From assembly GCA_021300475.1 (NCBI GenBank), contig JAJTDO010000010.1, positions 6,533 through 70,532 of the forward strand: a DNA stretch of 64,000 nucleotides. Reading direction: 5' to 3'. Origin of the DNA: Burkholderiales bacterium. Lineage in GTDB: Bacteria; Pseudomonadota; Gammaproteobacteria; Burkholderiales; Burkholderiaceae_B. The notes below the pieces were generated by a model, which was not told the origin of the DNA, searched no databases, and saw only the letters and a program-made list of their open reading frames with translations. This document shows, one piece after another, positions 46,526 through 57,251 of this stretch (position 1 is the first letter of the stretch; each line of letters begins with the position of its first letter). The position numbers and the translations under genes are program-made.

Positions 46526-47588
46526 GATGCAATCCTTCTTTTTCTAAACCACTCAACTTAACATCAGTCTGAATTTGCGAAAACCAGGAAAAAACCCGTT
46601 CGGGCAAAAAATCCAGGCCGGCGGGAAATGCGTTGTGTTTCGGAAAACCCACATGGCCGCCCTGTTTGGGAAAATAACAGGTCACCATCGGTGAGACCTC
46701 ATGGGGCTGCGGCAAAAAACGACCGGGCATGAACGGGTCGTTTTGGGCATTCATCAGCAAGGTCGGCACCTTGATGTTCATCAGGTAGGGTTTTGAAGCG
46801 CTGCTTTTCCAATAATGGGTGGCACTGTCAAAACCATGGAGCGGTGCAGTCACCAGTTCATCGAAATCGTAAAAGTCCCGACAGGCGCGCACTTGGTCTG
46901 CATCGGCAAAACCCGGAAACAAGCGGATTTTTTCCAAGGTTTTGGGAATCAGTGTTTTTAGAAACATGCGCGTGTAAATCATGTTGAAGCCCTGTCCCAG
47001 ACTGTGTGCACCCGCCTCGAGATCAATGGGTGCAGACACGCTGACGGCGGCCGACACCAGACTGACGGCAGCATCGCCCTCCTCACCCAACCACTTCAGC
47101 ATGGCGTTGCCGCCCAACGAGACACCCACCAGAAATACCGGGCGCGCACCGGCCTGTTGCTTGAAACGCCGCACGATCCAGTCAATTTCACGGGAATCGC
47201 CGGAATGGTAGGCGCGAGGCAAGCGGTTCAATTCGCCGGAACAACCGCGAAAATGCGCCACTGCCCCCTGCCAACCCAACTGCTCGCACGCCTTCATCAA
47301 CGACAAGGCGTAATGACTGGAAGAAGAACCCTCCAACCCATGGAACATGACCAACAGAGGTGCGTTTTCCGCCCACAGAGGTTGTGTCCAGTCGATGTCA
47401 ATGAAATCGTCTTGTTCGGGCGTCAGCCAGCGCTCTCTGCGGTAACTGACTTTCGGTGATGTTGTGAACCGTGCGGTGATGATGGTTTGCAGATGCCCGC
47501 CGGGCAGCCAGAAAGGCGCTCGGTAGTGGGTGCTTCCTTTGTGCAACTCAGTGAAGCGTGGGGGAAGTGTCGATTTCTTCGTTTTCAT
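46518..47588 (-). CDS. alpha/beta-fold hydrolase (YheT-like)
   Basis: It has the oxyanion-region segment LVMFHGLEGSS, the nucleophile elbow GVSLGGN and GGHVGF near the C-terminus. The start is ATG 47588 or 47612. Confidence 0.8.
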   Translation of the reverse strand: MKTKKSTLPPRFTELHKGSTHYRAPFWLPGGHLQTIITARFTTSPKVSYRRERWLTPEQDDFIDIDWTQPLWAENAPLLVMFHGLEGSSSSHYALSLMKACEQLGWQGAVAHFRGCSGELNRLPRAYHSGDSREIDWIVRRFKQQAGARPVFLVGVSLGGNAMLKWLGEEGDAAVSLVSAAVSVSAPIDLEAGAHSLGQGFNMIYTRMFLKTLIPKTLEKIRLFPGFADADQVRACRDFYDFDELVTAPLHGFDSATHYWKSSASKPYLMNIKVPTLLMNAQNDPFMPGRFLPQPHEVSPMVTCYFPKQGGHVGFPKHNAFPAGLDFLPERVFSWFSQIQTDVKLSGLEKEGLHHG

Positions 47589-47988
47589 CGGTCTCCGTTG
47601 CAGGGCTTGCATGATGAAGTACCATCTTCCAACCTTGCGGCCCTTTTAAATAGACATTGGTGGCACTGACTTCCACAACCTGCGAGGAGCGGGAACCTGA
47701 CACCAGAACCTGCTCCTGCAAATTGTGGATGGCCACCATCATGCCCTCAATGGCACGGACTTGCATGGGCCGGATGCGTAAGGTGCCCGACGCCAGAATT
47801 TCTTTCCAGGATTCACGGATGCTTTCATAGCCCACCAGGCGGGGACCGCCGGGATGTATGCACATGATTTGCTCATCATCTGCCCACAACGCCATGAGCG
47901 CATCCAGATCACCCGCCTCAAGCGCGTCGTAAAAAGCCTGTTCTGTTTCCCCCGGAGAGGAATGCACCACTTGGCCTCGCTTAATCAT
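47548..47988 (-). CDS. SnoaL-like / NTF2-fold (DUF4440-type) protein
   Basis: In the 146-aa product, the pattern AFYDALEAGDLDALMALWADDEQIMCIHPGGP is typical of this fold family. Confidence 0.6.
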   Translation of the reverse strand: MIKRGQVVHSSPGETEQAFYDALEAGDLDALMALWADDEQIMCIHPGGPRLVGYESIRESWKEILASGTLRIRPMQVRAIEGMMVAIHNLQEQVLVSGSRSSQVVEVSATNVYLKGPQGWKMVLHHASPATETDENEEIDTSPTLH

Positions 47989-47998
47989 CGGGGGCCTT

Positions 47999-48865
47999 TC
48001 ACTTGAAAACTACGGTTTTGTGTCCGTTCAATAAAATTCGATGTTCACAGTGCCAGCGAACAGCACGCGCCAACACCTGACACTCGACATCCAGACCCAA
48101 GGCCGCCAGCGATTCCGGATTCATGGCGTGGTCGGCTCTGGCAACATCTTGCTCAATGATGGGACCTTCGTCCAGATCAGCGGTCACATAGTGGGCGGTT
48201 GCACCAATCAGCTTGACGCCGCGGTCGTGGGCCTGCTGGTAGGGTTTTGCCCCCTTGAAGCTGGGCAAAAAACTGTGATGGATATTGATGGCACGCCCTC
48301 TGAGGGCCTCGCACATGTCTGCTGACAATATTTGCATGTAGCGCGCAAGCACCACGAGATCGATGGATTCACGCTCCATGATCTGCATCACCTGGCGTTC
48401 CTGCTGGGCCTTGCCGGCCGCATTCAGGGGCAGGTGATAAAACGGAATGCCGTAGGAGGCCGCCAACAAGGCGAATTCAGGGTGGTTGGACACAATGGCG
48501 GGAATGTCGCATTGCAACTGGCCGGTTTTCCAGCGGAACAACAGGTCGTTGAGGCAATGGCCAAACTTGGAGACCATCAAGAGCAGGCGGGGTTTGGTTT
48601 TGGGATCAAACATGCCCCAGTTCATCTGGAACTGTTGTCCGATGGGTTCAAACTCCGATTCAAGCAGATCAAGGGTCAGGCGGGCAGCCTCGGCCTGCGC
48701 CACGGAAAAATGCACCCGCATGAAAAAAAGACCTGTGCTTTCATCACCGTACTGGGCTGAGTCAAGGATATTGCAACTGCGCTGGAATAAAAAATCCGAC
48801 ACATGGAACACAATGCCCGTGGTGTCAGGGCAAGACAAGGTCAGAATGTAATCGCGGCTATGCAT
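47999..48865 (-). CDS. purU: formyltetrahydrofolate deformylase
   Basis: It has an N-terminal ACT domain (YILTLSCPDTTGIV) and a formyltransferase domain (ISNH, LVVLARYMQIL, INIHHSFLPSFKGAKPY). Confidence 0.92.
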   Translation of the reverse strand: MHSRDYILTLSCPDTTGIVFHVSDFLFQRSCNILDSAQYGDESTGLFFMRVHFSVAQAEAARLTLDLLESEFEPIGQQFQMNWGMFDPKTKPRLLLMVSKFGHCLNDLLFRWKTGQLQCDIPAIVSNHPEFALLAASYGIPFYHLPLNAAGKAQQERQVMQIMERESIDLVVLARYMQILSADMCEALRGRAINIHHSFLPSFKGAKPYQQAHDRGVKLIGATAHYVTADLDEGPIIEQDVARADHAMNPESLAALGLDVECQVLARAVRWHCEHRILLNGHKTVVFK

Positions 48866-49955
48866 TTGGCTTTCCAGAGGACGCTGACGAAGCCAGGCGG
48901 GCATTCATGCTGACGATGACTCGCTCAGGCGTCAGGTTTTGCAGGCATTGTGTGTGCCCCAAGGGGCAAATACGTTGAAAACAAGGGCTGCAAGGCAACT
49001 GCAACCAGTGGATGTCCGCCTGCTGCGACAGCGGTGGTGTGTGACGGGGATCGCTGGAACCAAAAACAGCCTGCTGGGGCACGTTCATGGCGGCTGCAAC
49101 GTGCATCAGGCCTGAATCGTTGGTCAGCATGACCTGTGCCTTGCCAATAAGCGTGATGGCTTCGTCCAGACTGGTTTTACCCGCCAGCAACTTGACGCGT
49201 CCGCGCTGTGCTTCCGGCAAGCATTGGGCAATCTCGCTGCACACTTCAACATCTTTGGGGCCACCCAGCAAAACCGCCTGACGCAAAGGATCTGCGGCCA
49301 GATACGCCGCAATGGTGGCGGCAAAATGTGCTTGCGGCCAGCGTTTTGCAGGACCGAATTCAGCCCCGGGGGCCGCAGCAAGGAAATCGGGTATTTCACC
49401 GGACGCGTTTTTCAGTGCACTGGGCAATTGAGCCACAGGCAGTAGCACCGGCATGGGCACTTCACCCGCCGCAACATTGCCCAGACGACCGTACCAGTCG
49501 AGCATGGCAGGCTTTTGCGCCTTGGAGGGCTTGGGCCAGCTTTTTGTCAGCAGCAGGCCCCGGCCTTCGGCACCGTAGCCAATGCGGTTCAAAATGCCCG
49601 CCCAAAACGGAATCAGTGCCGTTTTGAAAGAATTGGGCAAAATATAGGCTGTGGTGAACGGGGTCTGCCTTTGTTTCAGCAAGCGCGCCGTTTGCCTGCG
49701 CAAATTGAACTGCAGCCCACCGTGGGCAAACGGTGCTTCAATGACTTCGGAAACCACCGGACTGGCCCGGTAGACAGCGGCCACGCCCTTGCTGCACAAC
49801 ACGGAAATATGCGGCGCGTCGCGACCACTGTCTTGTGTTTTCAGCGCCTGCAGCAGGCCCAGCGTCATGACGGCATCACCGACCCAATGCGGGGCAACCA
49901 CCAAAATGCGTTCCGCCCGAGACAGGCGAAACGCCAGGGAAGCGTCCTTGCTCAT
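48858..49955 (-). CDS. waaF: ADP-heptose:LPS heptosyltransferase II
   Basis: It is a GT9 family member, with ERILVVAPHWVGDAVM at the N-terminus and LTNDSGLMHVAAAM. Confidence 0.82.
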   Translation of the reverse strand: MSKDASLAFRLSRAERILVVAPHWVGDAVMTLGLLQALKTQDSGRDAPHISVLCSKGVAAVYRASPVVSEVIEAPFAHGGLQFNLRRQTARLLKQRQTPFTTAYILPNSFKTALIPFWAGILNRIGYGAEGRGLLLTKSWPKPSKAQKPAMLDWYGRLGNVAAGEVPMPVLLPVAQLPSALKNASGEIPDFLAAAPGAEFGPAKRWPQAHFAATIAAYLAADPLRQAVLLGGPKDVEVCSEIAQCLPEAQRGRVKLLAGKTSLDEAITLIGKAQVMLTNDSGLMHVAAAMNVPQQAVFGSSDPRHTPPLSQQADIHWLQLPCSPCFQRICPLGHTQCLQNLTPERVIVSMNARLASSASSGKPNA

Positions 49956-49961
49956 CGGAGT

Positions 49962-50165
49962 TTAGTGTCCGTGAACAACAGCGCCGGGTTTCAACTTATA
50001 GACGGTGCCGCAATAAGGACAGGCAGCGGAACCGGTTTTGGTGACGTCCAGAAACACCTTGGGATGCTGCGACCACAAGGCCATGGACGGGTTTGGGCAA
50101 AAGGCCGGCAGATCGTGTCCGTCGAGCTCAACCACAGCGGAAGCTTGTTTGGCTTGGTTTGTCAT
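49962..50165 (-). CDS. zinc-finger (zf-CHCC-type) small protein
   Basis: The 67-aa product has ..FCPNP..(n)..CPYCGTVY. Confidence 0.6.
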   Translation of the reverse strand: MTNQAKQASAVVELDGHDLPAFCPNPSMALWSQHPKVFLDVTKTGSAACPYCGTVYKLKPGAVVHGH

Positions 50166-50209
50166 GTGTATTCCCTAGTCTGTTGGCCTGTGTGCAGCGT
50201 CAAACAACC

Positions 50210-51130
50210 TCAGACGCGCGACAACCAGGATTCATATTTTTCATTGCGGCCATACACCACGTCAAAGTAGCGTTTTTGCAACTCTGTTGTGACTGGGCCA
50301 CGCTTGCCTTCACCGATGGTGCGGTTGTCCAGCTCGCGCACCGGGGTGACTTCTGCCGCAGTGCCGGTGAAAAAGCATTCATCGGCAATGTAGAGATCGT
50401 CACGGGTCAGGCGTTTGGAGTGCACTTCAAGCCCCATGTCCTTGGCCAGCGCAATAATGGTGGAACGGGTGATGCCGATCAAGGCCGAGGTGAGTTCTGG
50501 TTCATAAATGACGCCATCTTTGACAACGAACACGTTTTCTCCGGCGCCTTCAGCCACGAACCCGTCGACGTCGAGCAACAAGGCCTCGTCGTAACCGTCT
50601 GTGGTGGCTTCCATGTTGGCCAGGATTGAGTTGGCGTAAGTGGCGGCAAACTTGGCCCGCGCCATGGTGACGTTCACATGGTGGCGTGCAAATGAGGCTG
50701 TTTTGACACGAATACCCTTTTCCATGCCCTCTTCACCCAAATAAGCACCCCACGGCCAGGCCGCGATGGCCACGTGCACAGCGGCACCCCGCGGAGAAAC
50801 CCCCATTTTTTCCGAGCCGTAAAATGCAATGGGGCGGATGTAACAAGAGTCGAGGTTGTTGGCCTTCACCACTTCTTTGGTGGCCTGCATGATTTCTTCG
50901 CGTGTGTACGGAATTTTCATCATGTAGATGTGTGCAGAATTGAACAGGCGGTCTGTGTGCTCTTTGAGCTTGAAAATAGCAGCGCCCTGCTCAGTGCGGT
51001 ATGCACGCTCGCCTTCGAACACGGACAAGCCGTAATGCAGCGAATGGGTCAGCACATGGGTGTTGGCATCGCGCCAAGGTACGAGTTTTCCGTCGTACCA
51101 AATCATGCCATCACGGTCGGCCATGGACAT
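50210..51130 (-). CDS. ilvE: branched-chain amino acid aminotransferase
   Basis: It has [16 protein letters not shown], a class IV aminotransferase core (EGERAY) and the segment [14 protein letters not shown] 51130, with GAGGA upstream, is preferred over TTG 51136. Confidence 0.95.
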   Translation of the reverse strand: MSMADRDGMIWYDGKLVPWRDANTHVLTHSLHYGLSVFEGERAYRTEQGAAIFKLKEHTDRLFNSAHIYMMKIPYTREEIMQATKEVVKANNLDSCYIRPIAFYGSEKMGVSPRGAAVHVAIAAWPWGAYLGEEGMEKGIRVKTASFARHHVNVTMARAKFAATYANSILANMEATTDGYDEALLLDVDGFVAEGAGENVFVVKDGVIYEPELTSALIGITRSTIIALAKDMGLEVHSKRLTRDDLYIADECFFTGTAAEVTPVRELDNRTIGEGKRGPVTTELQKRYFDVVYGRNEKYESWLSRV

Positions 51131-51267
51131 AAACAATCCTCAGAAAATCAAATAAAGCGATATTCTACAAGTTTGCTCGGGGTTTTAGCACCTGTCTGAC
51201 CAATTGACCCAAAGAAGCAGGGCTTTTATATTGAGACACCAAAAATGTACTTGTCTGTTTGAACCAC

Positions 51268-51966
51268 ATGCTTAATTTGCTGGATACGAAAAAAAGATGG
51301 AATCGCAGGAAAACAGCCAGGCCTGCCGAGCTGCTTGACGCGGCCATACACATGTTCACCGAGAAAGGTTTTGCCACCACCAAACTTGAAGAAGTGGCTG
51401 CCCGTGCGGGTGTCAGCAAAGGCACGCTTTACCTTTACTACCAGAACAAGGAAGAATTGTTCAAGGCCGTGGTCAATGAAACCTTCCTGCCCCTGATAGA
51501 AGACCTTAAAAACCGGGAACTGGAGCACTTGGGCAGCATTTCGGAATTGCTGCAAAAAGATTTTCTCCAATGGTGGACCCATGTAGGATGTACTCCCTTG
51601 GGGGGAATTCCAAAGCTGATGATCACGGAAGCGTGTAACTTTCCGGAATTAAGCCGTTTCTACAATGAAAAAATCATTGATCCGTGGCGCCGGCACATTG
51701 TCAGCCTGCTGGAAAAAGGCGTTTCCAGAGGTGAATTCAGGCCCATGGATGCAGAATACACCGCTTGGGTGCTGCATGCGCCCATGGTTATGCTGGCCTG
51801 CTGGACCCACTCGATGGACCGCTGCCTTGAAGAAAAAATTGAACCTATTCGCTACATACACGCTCACATCAAGTCGTGTCTTTTCGGGCTGTTGAATGAA
51901 AATTCTGAATTTCGTCAAACCGGCACATTGGTTGATTGCCCTCGTCCTGCTGACGGGGCTGAGTAG
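51268..51966 (+). CDS. TetR/AcrR-family transcriptional regulator
   Basis: It has the N-terminal HTH segment ELLDAAIHMFTEKGFATTKLEEVAARAGVSKGTLYLYYQNKEELF. It sits upstream of efflux genes. Confidence 0.87.
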   Translation: MLNLLDTKKRWNRRKTARPAELLDAAIHMFTEKGFATTKLEEVAARAGVSKGTLYLYYQNKEELFKAVVNETFLPLIEDLKNRELEHLGSISELLQKDFLQWWTHVGCTPLGGIPKLMITEACNFPELSRFYNEKIIDPWRRHIVSLLEKGVSRGEFRPMDAEYTAWVLHAPMVMLACWTHSMDRCLEEKIEPIRYIHAHIKSCLFGLLNENSEFRQTGTLVDCPRPADGAE

Positions 51967-53056
51967 TGTTTTTTACTTTTATTCAGGCAAGGCAAAATCA
52001 AGCCCGGAGACAGAAAAGCTACAAAGCACGGCCAGTCCGGAAAAAACACTGGAATTTTTGGCCCAAGACCTGACACGGGCTGAACTCAAAACAATACAGA
52101 GAACACTGGATGTATCCGGCCCCGTCGTGGCGGTGCATCAAGCCACCGTCAAGGCCAAGGCCGCGGGAGAATTGCTGGAACTTCGCGTGCGTGAAGGCGA
52201 CAGCGTGCAGGCCGGCCAGCTGTTGGGCCTGATAGACACAGCAGAAGCACTGGCACGTAAAAAGGAAAAACTCGCCTTGCTGGCCAGCGCCCAGGCGCAA
52301 TTGAACGCCGCACAAAAATCACTGGACAGCAACAAAAGCCTGTTTGCAAAGGGGTTCGTGTCCCAAACCGTGGTGGACAATGCCGAGTCCAATTATTTGG
52401 TGGCCGCCGCGCAACGGGAAGCCGCCAGCGCACAACTTGAACTGGTTGAAAAACTGCTTGGGGACACACGCATTCTGGCGCCCATCAGCGGACAAGTGTC
52501 TGAACGGCTGGCCCAACCCGGGGAAAAAGTCTCCATTGACACCCGCCTGCTGAGTATCGTGGATACCCAGTCACTGGAAATACAAACCTCGCTGCCAGCC
52601 CTTGAGATCAGCAAGGTGAAAATCGGCCAGACCGCAGACATCTACGTTGAAGGCATTGCAGGCACGTCCTTGGGCAAGGTGTCGCGCATCAGCCCGGCCA
52701 CCGCCGCAGGTTCCCGCTCAGTGCCTGTGTTCATTGCCTTGTCGGGCAGAGACAACGGGTTGCGCACGGGCCTGTTCGCCCGTGGTCGCATCGCCATTGA
52801 AAGCACCCAACCCACGTTGAGCGTGCCAAAAGCGGCTCTGCGCGAGGCCGAGGGCAGAAAAATTGTTTATGTAATTGATGCAGAGAAAAAAATCCGCTCA
52901 ACCGTGGTTGAAACCGGTATTGAAGGGTACAACGGGGCAGACCGGCAACCGGTGGTGGAAATTACGACTGGCTTAAAACCGGGAGACACCCTTGTCGCAG
53001 GCAATCTGGGCCCGCTGCGCGAAGGCGCCGTGATACGCACCTTAGAAAAGCAGTGA
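51896..53056 (+). CDS. RND efflux periplasmic adaptor (membrane fusion protein)
   Basis: It has an N-terminal anchor, a coiled-coil hairpin region and beta-barrel motifs (ILAPISGQVSER, VKIGQTADIYVEG). The ATG at 51896 overlaps the tetR 3' end by 71 nt. Confidence 0.85.
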   Translation: MKILNFVKPAHWLIALVLLTGLSSVFYFYSGKAKSSPETEKLQSTASPEKTLEFLAQDLTRAELKTIQRTLDVSGPVVAVHQATVKAKAAGELLELRVREGDSVQAGQLLGLIDTAEALARKKEKLALLASAQAQLNAAQKSLDSNKSLFAKGFVSQTVVDNAESNYLVAAAQREAASAQLELVEKLLGDTRILAPISGQVSERLAQPGEKVSIDTRLLSIVDTQSLEIQTSLPALEISKVKIGQTADIYVEGIAGTSLGKVSRISPATAAGSRSVPVFIALSGRDNGLRTGLFARGRIAIESTQPTLSVPKAALREAEGRKIVYVIDAEKKIRSTVVETGIEGYNGADRQPVVEITTGLKPGDTLVAGNLGPLREGAVIRTLEKQ

Positions 53057-53065
53057 GGTGAACTG

Positions 53066-56000
53066 ATGTGGTTCACCCGAATTTCCATTCAAAACCCAGT
53101 GTTTGCCACCATGATGATGGCGGCGTTTTTGGTGTTGGGCCTGTTTTCTTACAACCAGTTAAAAGTCGAACAGTTTCCAGACGTCAGCTTTCCGGTGGTG
53201 GTGATTGCCAGTGAGTACCCCGGCGCCTCGCCCGAGGTGGTGGAATCCGATGTCAGCCGGCCGCTGGAAGAAGTCATCAACACCATCGCAGGCCTTAAAA
53301 ACCTGAGCTCGCGCTCCTACGAAGGCAATTCGGTCATCATTGCTGAATTCGACCTCACCATAGACCCCGTTCAAGCGGCACAGGACGTACGTGAAAAAGT
53401 GGCTCTGGTTCGCCCAGCCCTGCGCAAGGAAGTCAAAGAGCCGCGCATTTCACGCTTCAACCCTGATGATTTTCCAGTCATCTCCGTGGTGGTCAAAGGC
53501 GACAGGCCCATCCGTGAACTCACACTGCTGGCCAACCAGATCATTAAAAAACGCATTGAAAACGCGCCCGGAGTGGGCAGCGCCACCGTGGTGGGCGGCC
53601 TGCGCCGTGAAATGCAGGTTCTGCTCAAACCCACGGAAATGGAAGCCTTGCGTTTGGGGGTGGATCAGGTGATTAGCGCGCTGCGTTCTGAGAACCAGGA
53701 ATTGCCCAGCGGCAATTTGCGCGCGCAGAACACCGAGCAGGTGGTGCAACTTCGGGCCCGGCTAAAAGACGTGGCCGCGTTTGAGCGCATGGTGGTGGCC
53801 AGACGTGGCGGGCAGCCTGTAACCTTGGGTCAGGTTGCACAAGTTATTGATGGGGAACAGGAAAAAGAGACACTGGCCTTGGTCAATGGTGTTCCGGCCT
53901 TGTCTCTGGACGTGGTAAAAAGCCAGGCTGCCAATACCATTGAAGTGGTGGACAGGGTGCGCAAAGTGGTGGCGGAATTGCAAAAAGAATTGCCACCTGA
54001 CATTGAGCTGATGCTGGTTCGCGACCAATCGATTTCCATTCGGAATTCAGTGGCCGACGTTAAAAAAACGCTGCTGGAAGGCGCTGGCCTCACTGTTCTG
54101 ATTGTATTTTTGTTTTTAAGCTCATGGCGCAGCACGGTGATCACCGGGCTGACCTTGCCGATTTCGCTGATCGGTACCTTTCTGGTGATGTTTGTGATGG
54201 GGTTTTCCATCAACGTGCTGACTTTGCTGGCAATGTCGATTTGCGTGGGCCTGCTGATTGACGACGCCATTGTGGTGCGAGAAAACATTGTTCGTCACAT
54301 CAGCATGGGCAAAGACCACAAAAGCGCTGCGCTGGAAGGCACGCGTGAAATAGGTCTGGCCGTGCTGGCCACCACGCTTTCAATTGTGGCGGTGTTTTTA
54401 CCCGTCGGGTTCATGGGCGGCATTATCGGCCGGTTTTTTCATCAATTCGGCCTCACCGTGGCGTTTGCGGTCTTGCTCTCCATGTTTGTCAGTTTCACGC
54501 TCGACCCGATGCTGTCCTCCATCTGGCCCGACCCGGATGCCCACGGCGCCACAGGCAACAACCCGATTGCAAAAGCATTGCGGCAATTTCAAAGGGCCAT
54601 GGAATCTCTGGAACGTACTTATGTCCGTTTGCTGGGTTGGGGGCTTAACCGACCCAAAACCGTGCTTGCGCTGGCACTGGGCAGCTTTTTAATGTCTTTT
54701 GTTTTAATGAAATATGTGGGCAGCGAGTTTGTGCCGCAACCGGACAACGGCGAATTGAATGTGCAGTTCTACACACCGGTGGGGTCTTCATTGAACCTGA
54801 CGCAACGCAAGGCCGAGCAGGTGGAAAAAGCGCTTAGGGAGTTTCCTGAAGTTGTTTTCACTTACACCACGGTAAACACTGGCATTGCCCAAGGTAAAAA
54901 TTACGGCACCACCTTCATTAAACTGACCAACCGCAAAACCCGTGAAAAGAACATCAAGGAACTGACACCTTTGCTGCGTGAGCGACTGCAACAGATTGCC
55001 GGCATCACCATCACGCAGATTGGCCAGGGTGGCGCGGTCAGCAGCGGGAAACCCGTGCAAATCAGCCTGCTAGGGCCCGACAATGGTGTGCTGGCGAAAT
55101 ATGCGCAAGACGTCATGGACATCATGGCGCGCCAGGCCTACTTTGTAGACATCGACACCTCATCAAAACCGGCCAAACCCACTTTGGCGCTGACGGTAAA
55201 AAGAGAATTGGCGGCCGATCAGGGCATAGGCGTGAACCGGATCAATGATGCCGTCAGGCCTTTGCTGGCGGGTGAAATCGCTTCCACCTGGTTGGCACCC
55301 GATGGCGAAAACTACGACGTTACCGTGCGCTTGCCGGCCGGAGAAAGAGATTCGCCCAACGATTTGTCCCGCTTGTATGTCAGCAGCAGCCAACTGGAAG
55401 CCGATGGATCACCGAAAATGGTGGCCCTGCGCGAAGTGGTGGATTTCAACGCCACCGTGGGTCCGTCACAAATCAACCGCAAGGCGCTGACCCGAGAAAT
55501 TCTCATTACTGCCAACGTAAACGGCATGGCTACCGGTACCGCGTCCAACGCCTTGAAGGCTGAACTGGAAGCACTGAACCTGCCACCGGGCTACCGCTTC
55601 AATTTTGGCGGCTCTTCCAAAGACATTGCTGAAACCCTGAGCTTTGCGGCACAGGCACTGGCCTTGGCCGTAATTTTCATCTACCTGATTCTAGCCAGCC
55701 AATTCGGCTCTTTTACACAGCCCATTGCCATCATGGTTTCGCTGCCGCTGGCCTTGATCGGTGTCATTCTGGCGCTGCTGCTCTGGCGCTCCACGCTGAA
55801 CATGTTTTCCATCATCGGTTTCATCATGCTGATGGGGTTGGTCACTAAAAATGCAATTTTGCTGGTGGACTTCGTGAATCAGGCCCTCAAAGGCGGCATG
55901 GAACTTCGCGAAGCCTTGCTCAACGCCGCTGAGGTTCGTCTGCGCCCCATACTGATGACCACGCTGGCCATGATTTTCGGTATGTTGCCCTTGGCCGTTG

Positions 56001-56164
56001 GCATGGGAGAAGGCTCGGAGCAACGGGCGCCCATGGCCCACGCAGTCATTGGTGGCGTCATTACCTCCACCCTGCTCACCTTAATTGTGGTGCCGGTCAT
56101 TTACGCCCTGCTGCACCGTTTGACACACAAAAAGAACAACACCGCCCAACGCCAAGCAATTTAA
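53066..56164 (+). CDS. RND-family efflux permease (AcrB/HAE1-like)
   Basis: The 1032-aa product has a 12-TM architecture, with [20 protein letters not shown], the TM4 segment [13 protein letters not shown] and [16 protein letters not shown]. Confidence 0.95.
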   Translation: MWFTRISIQNPVFATMMMAAFLVLGLFSYNQLKVEQFPDVSFPVVVIASEYPGASPEVVESDVSRPLEEVINTIAGLKNLSSRSYEGNSVIIAEFDLTIDPVQAAQDVREKVALVRPALRKEVKEPRISRFNPDDFPVISVVVKGDRPIRELTLLANQIIKKRIENAPGVGSATVVGGLRREMQVLLKPTEMEALRLGVDQVISALRSENQELPSGNLRAQNTEQVVQLRARLKDVAAFERMVVARRGGQPVTLGQVAQVIDGEQEKETLALVNGVPALSLDVVKSQAANTIEVVDRVRKVVAELQKELPPDIELMLVRDQSISIRNSVADVKKTLLEGAGLTVLIVFLFLSSWRSTVITGLTLPISLIGTFLVMFVMGFSINVLTLLAMSICVGLLIDDAIVVRENIVRHISMGKDHKSAALEGTREIGLAVLATTLSIVAVFLPVGFMGGIIGRFFHQFGLTVAFAVLLSMFVSFTLDPMLSSIWPDPDAHGATGNNPIAKALRQFQRAMESLERTYVRLLGWGLNRPKTVLALALGSFLMSFVLMKYVGSEFVPQPDNGELNVQFYTPVGSSLNLTQRKAEQVEKALREFPEVVFTYTTVNTGIAQGKNYGTTFIKLTNRKTREKNIKELTPLLRERLQQIAGITITQIGQGGAVSSGKPVQISLLGPDNGVLAKYAQDVMDIMARQAYFVDIDTSSKPAKPTLALTVKRELAADQGIGVNRINDAVRPLLAGEIASTWLAPDGENYDVTVRLPAGERDSPNDLSRLYVSSSQLEADGSPKMVALREVVDFNATVGPSQINRKALTREILITANVNGMATGTASNALKAELEALNLPPGYRFNFGGSSKDIAETLSFAAQALALAVIFIYLILASQFGSFTQPIAIMVSLPLALIGVILALLLWRSTLNMFSIIGFIMLMGLVTKNAILLVDFVNQALKGGMELREALLNAAEVRLRPILMTTLAMIFGMLPLAVGMGEGSEQRAPMAHAVIGGVITSTLLTLIVVPVIYALLHRLTHKKNNTAQRQAI

Positions 56165-56222
56165 CGACATGTGGCGCGACCATTTGCTAGAATAGAGCAA
56201 AATAAAACTGGTACTCAGACTC

Positions 56223-56891
56223 ATGGACTTCAACAAAGCCCGCTTCAACATGGTTGAACAACAGATCCGACCATGGAACGTATTGGACCAATCCATACTC
56301 GATTTGCTGTTCAGCATTAAAAGAGAAAATTTCGTGGCGCCTGAACTGCGCGAAATGGCCTTCAGCGATCTGGAGTTGCCTATCCGCATCGACGGCAAAA
56401 ACACCGGCGAAGTCATGCTCTCTCCAAAAATGGAAGCCCGCATGGTTCAGGAACTTGCACTGAAAGCGCACGACCATGTGCTGGAAATCGGCACCGGCAG
56501 CGGTTACATGACCGCCCTGCTCGCCAGCAAATCGGAAAGCGTCACCAGCGTGGAAATACGCCCTGAAATTTCCGCATTCGCAAAAAACAACCTGAAGCAG
56601 GCGGGCATTGCCAATGTGAACCTCGTGGTGGCAGATGGCGCGTGCGGTTATGCCGCCGGCGGCAACTTCGATGCGATTGTCATCACAGGCGCAGTACCGG
56701 TGTTGTCTGCAAATTTTAAAAACCAGTTGAAAGTGGGCGGTCGCCTGTTGGCGGTTGTCGGCGAAGAACCGGTGCAAAGCGCGGTGCTGATCACCCGCAT
56801 GGGCGACAAAGAGTTTTCAGAGCGCAAGCTGTTTGAAGTGCTCATTCCCGAACTGGCCAATGCGCCCCAACCGGAACGTTTTCACTTTTAA
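56223..56891 (+). CDS. protein-L-isoaspartate O-methyltransferase-family protein
   Basis: It has the SAM motif VLEIGTGSGYMTALLA. The pcm-like, rhodanese and tolC gene order is common in beta/gamma-proteobacteria. Confidence 0.8.
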   Translation: MDFNKARFNMVEQQIRPWNVLDQSILDLLFSIKRENFVAPELREMAFSDLELPIRIDGKNTGEVMLSPKMEARMVQELALKAHDHVLEIGTGSGYMTALLASKSESVTSVEIRPEISAFAKNNLKQAGIANVNLVVADGACGYAAGGNFDAIVITGAVPVLSANFKNQLKVGGRLLAVVGEEPVQSAVLITRMGDKEFSERKLFEVLIPELANAPQPERFHF

Positions 56892-56893
56892 GC

Positions 56894-57217
56894 ATGCAGC
56901 ACTTGACCCCCCGGCAACTGGCCGACTGGCTGGAAGACGCCACACGCAAAGCCCCCCTGCTACTGGACGTTCGCGAAGCGTGGGAAGTTGCAACGGCAGC
57001 CCTTCCCGGGGTTCTTCACATTCCCATGTACGATGTCCCCGCGCGGTTGAGCGAACTCGACAGCGAAGCGGAAATTGTTTGTGTGTGCCACCACGGCATG
57101 CGCAGCATGCAAGTGGCACAGTTTCTGGAGCATCACGGCTGTTCGCAGGTGTTTAACCTGTCTGGCGGCATGGACGCAGTGTCCCGTTCCGTTTACCCCC
57201 ATATTCCTGTCTATTGA
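56894..57217 (+). CDS. rhodanese-domain protein
   Basis: The 107-aa product has the active-site loop VCHHGMRS. Confidence 0.85.
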   Translation: MQHLTPRQLADWLEDATRKAPLLLDVREAWEVATAALPGVLHIPMYDVPARLSELDSEAEIVCVCHHGMRSMQVAQFLEHHGCSQVFNLSGGMDAVSRSVYPHIPVY

Positions 57218-57251
57218 CACGTCAAATGAAGTTTTAAACCAAGGAGTCAGC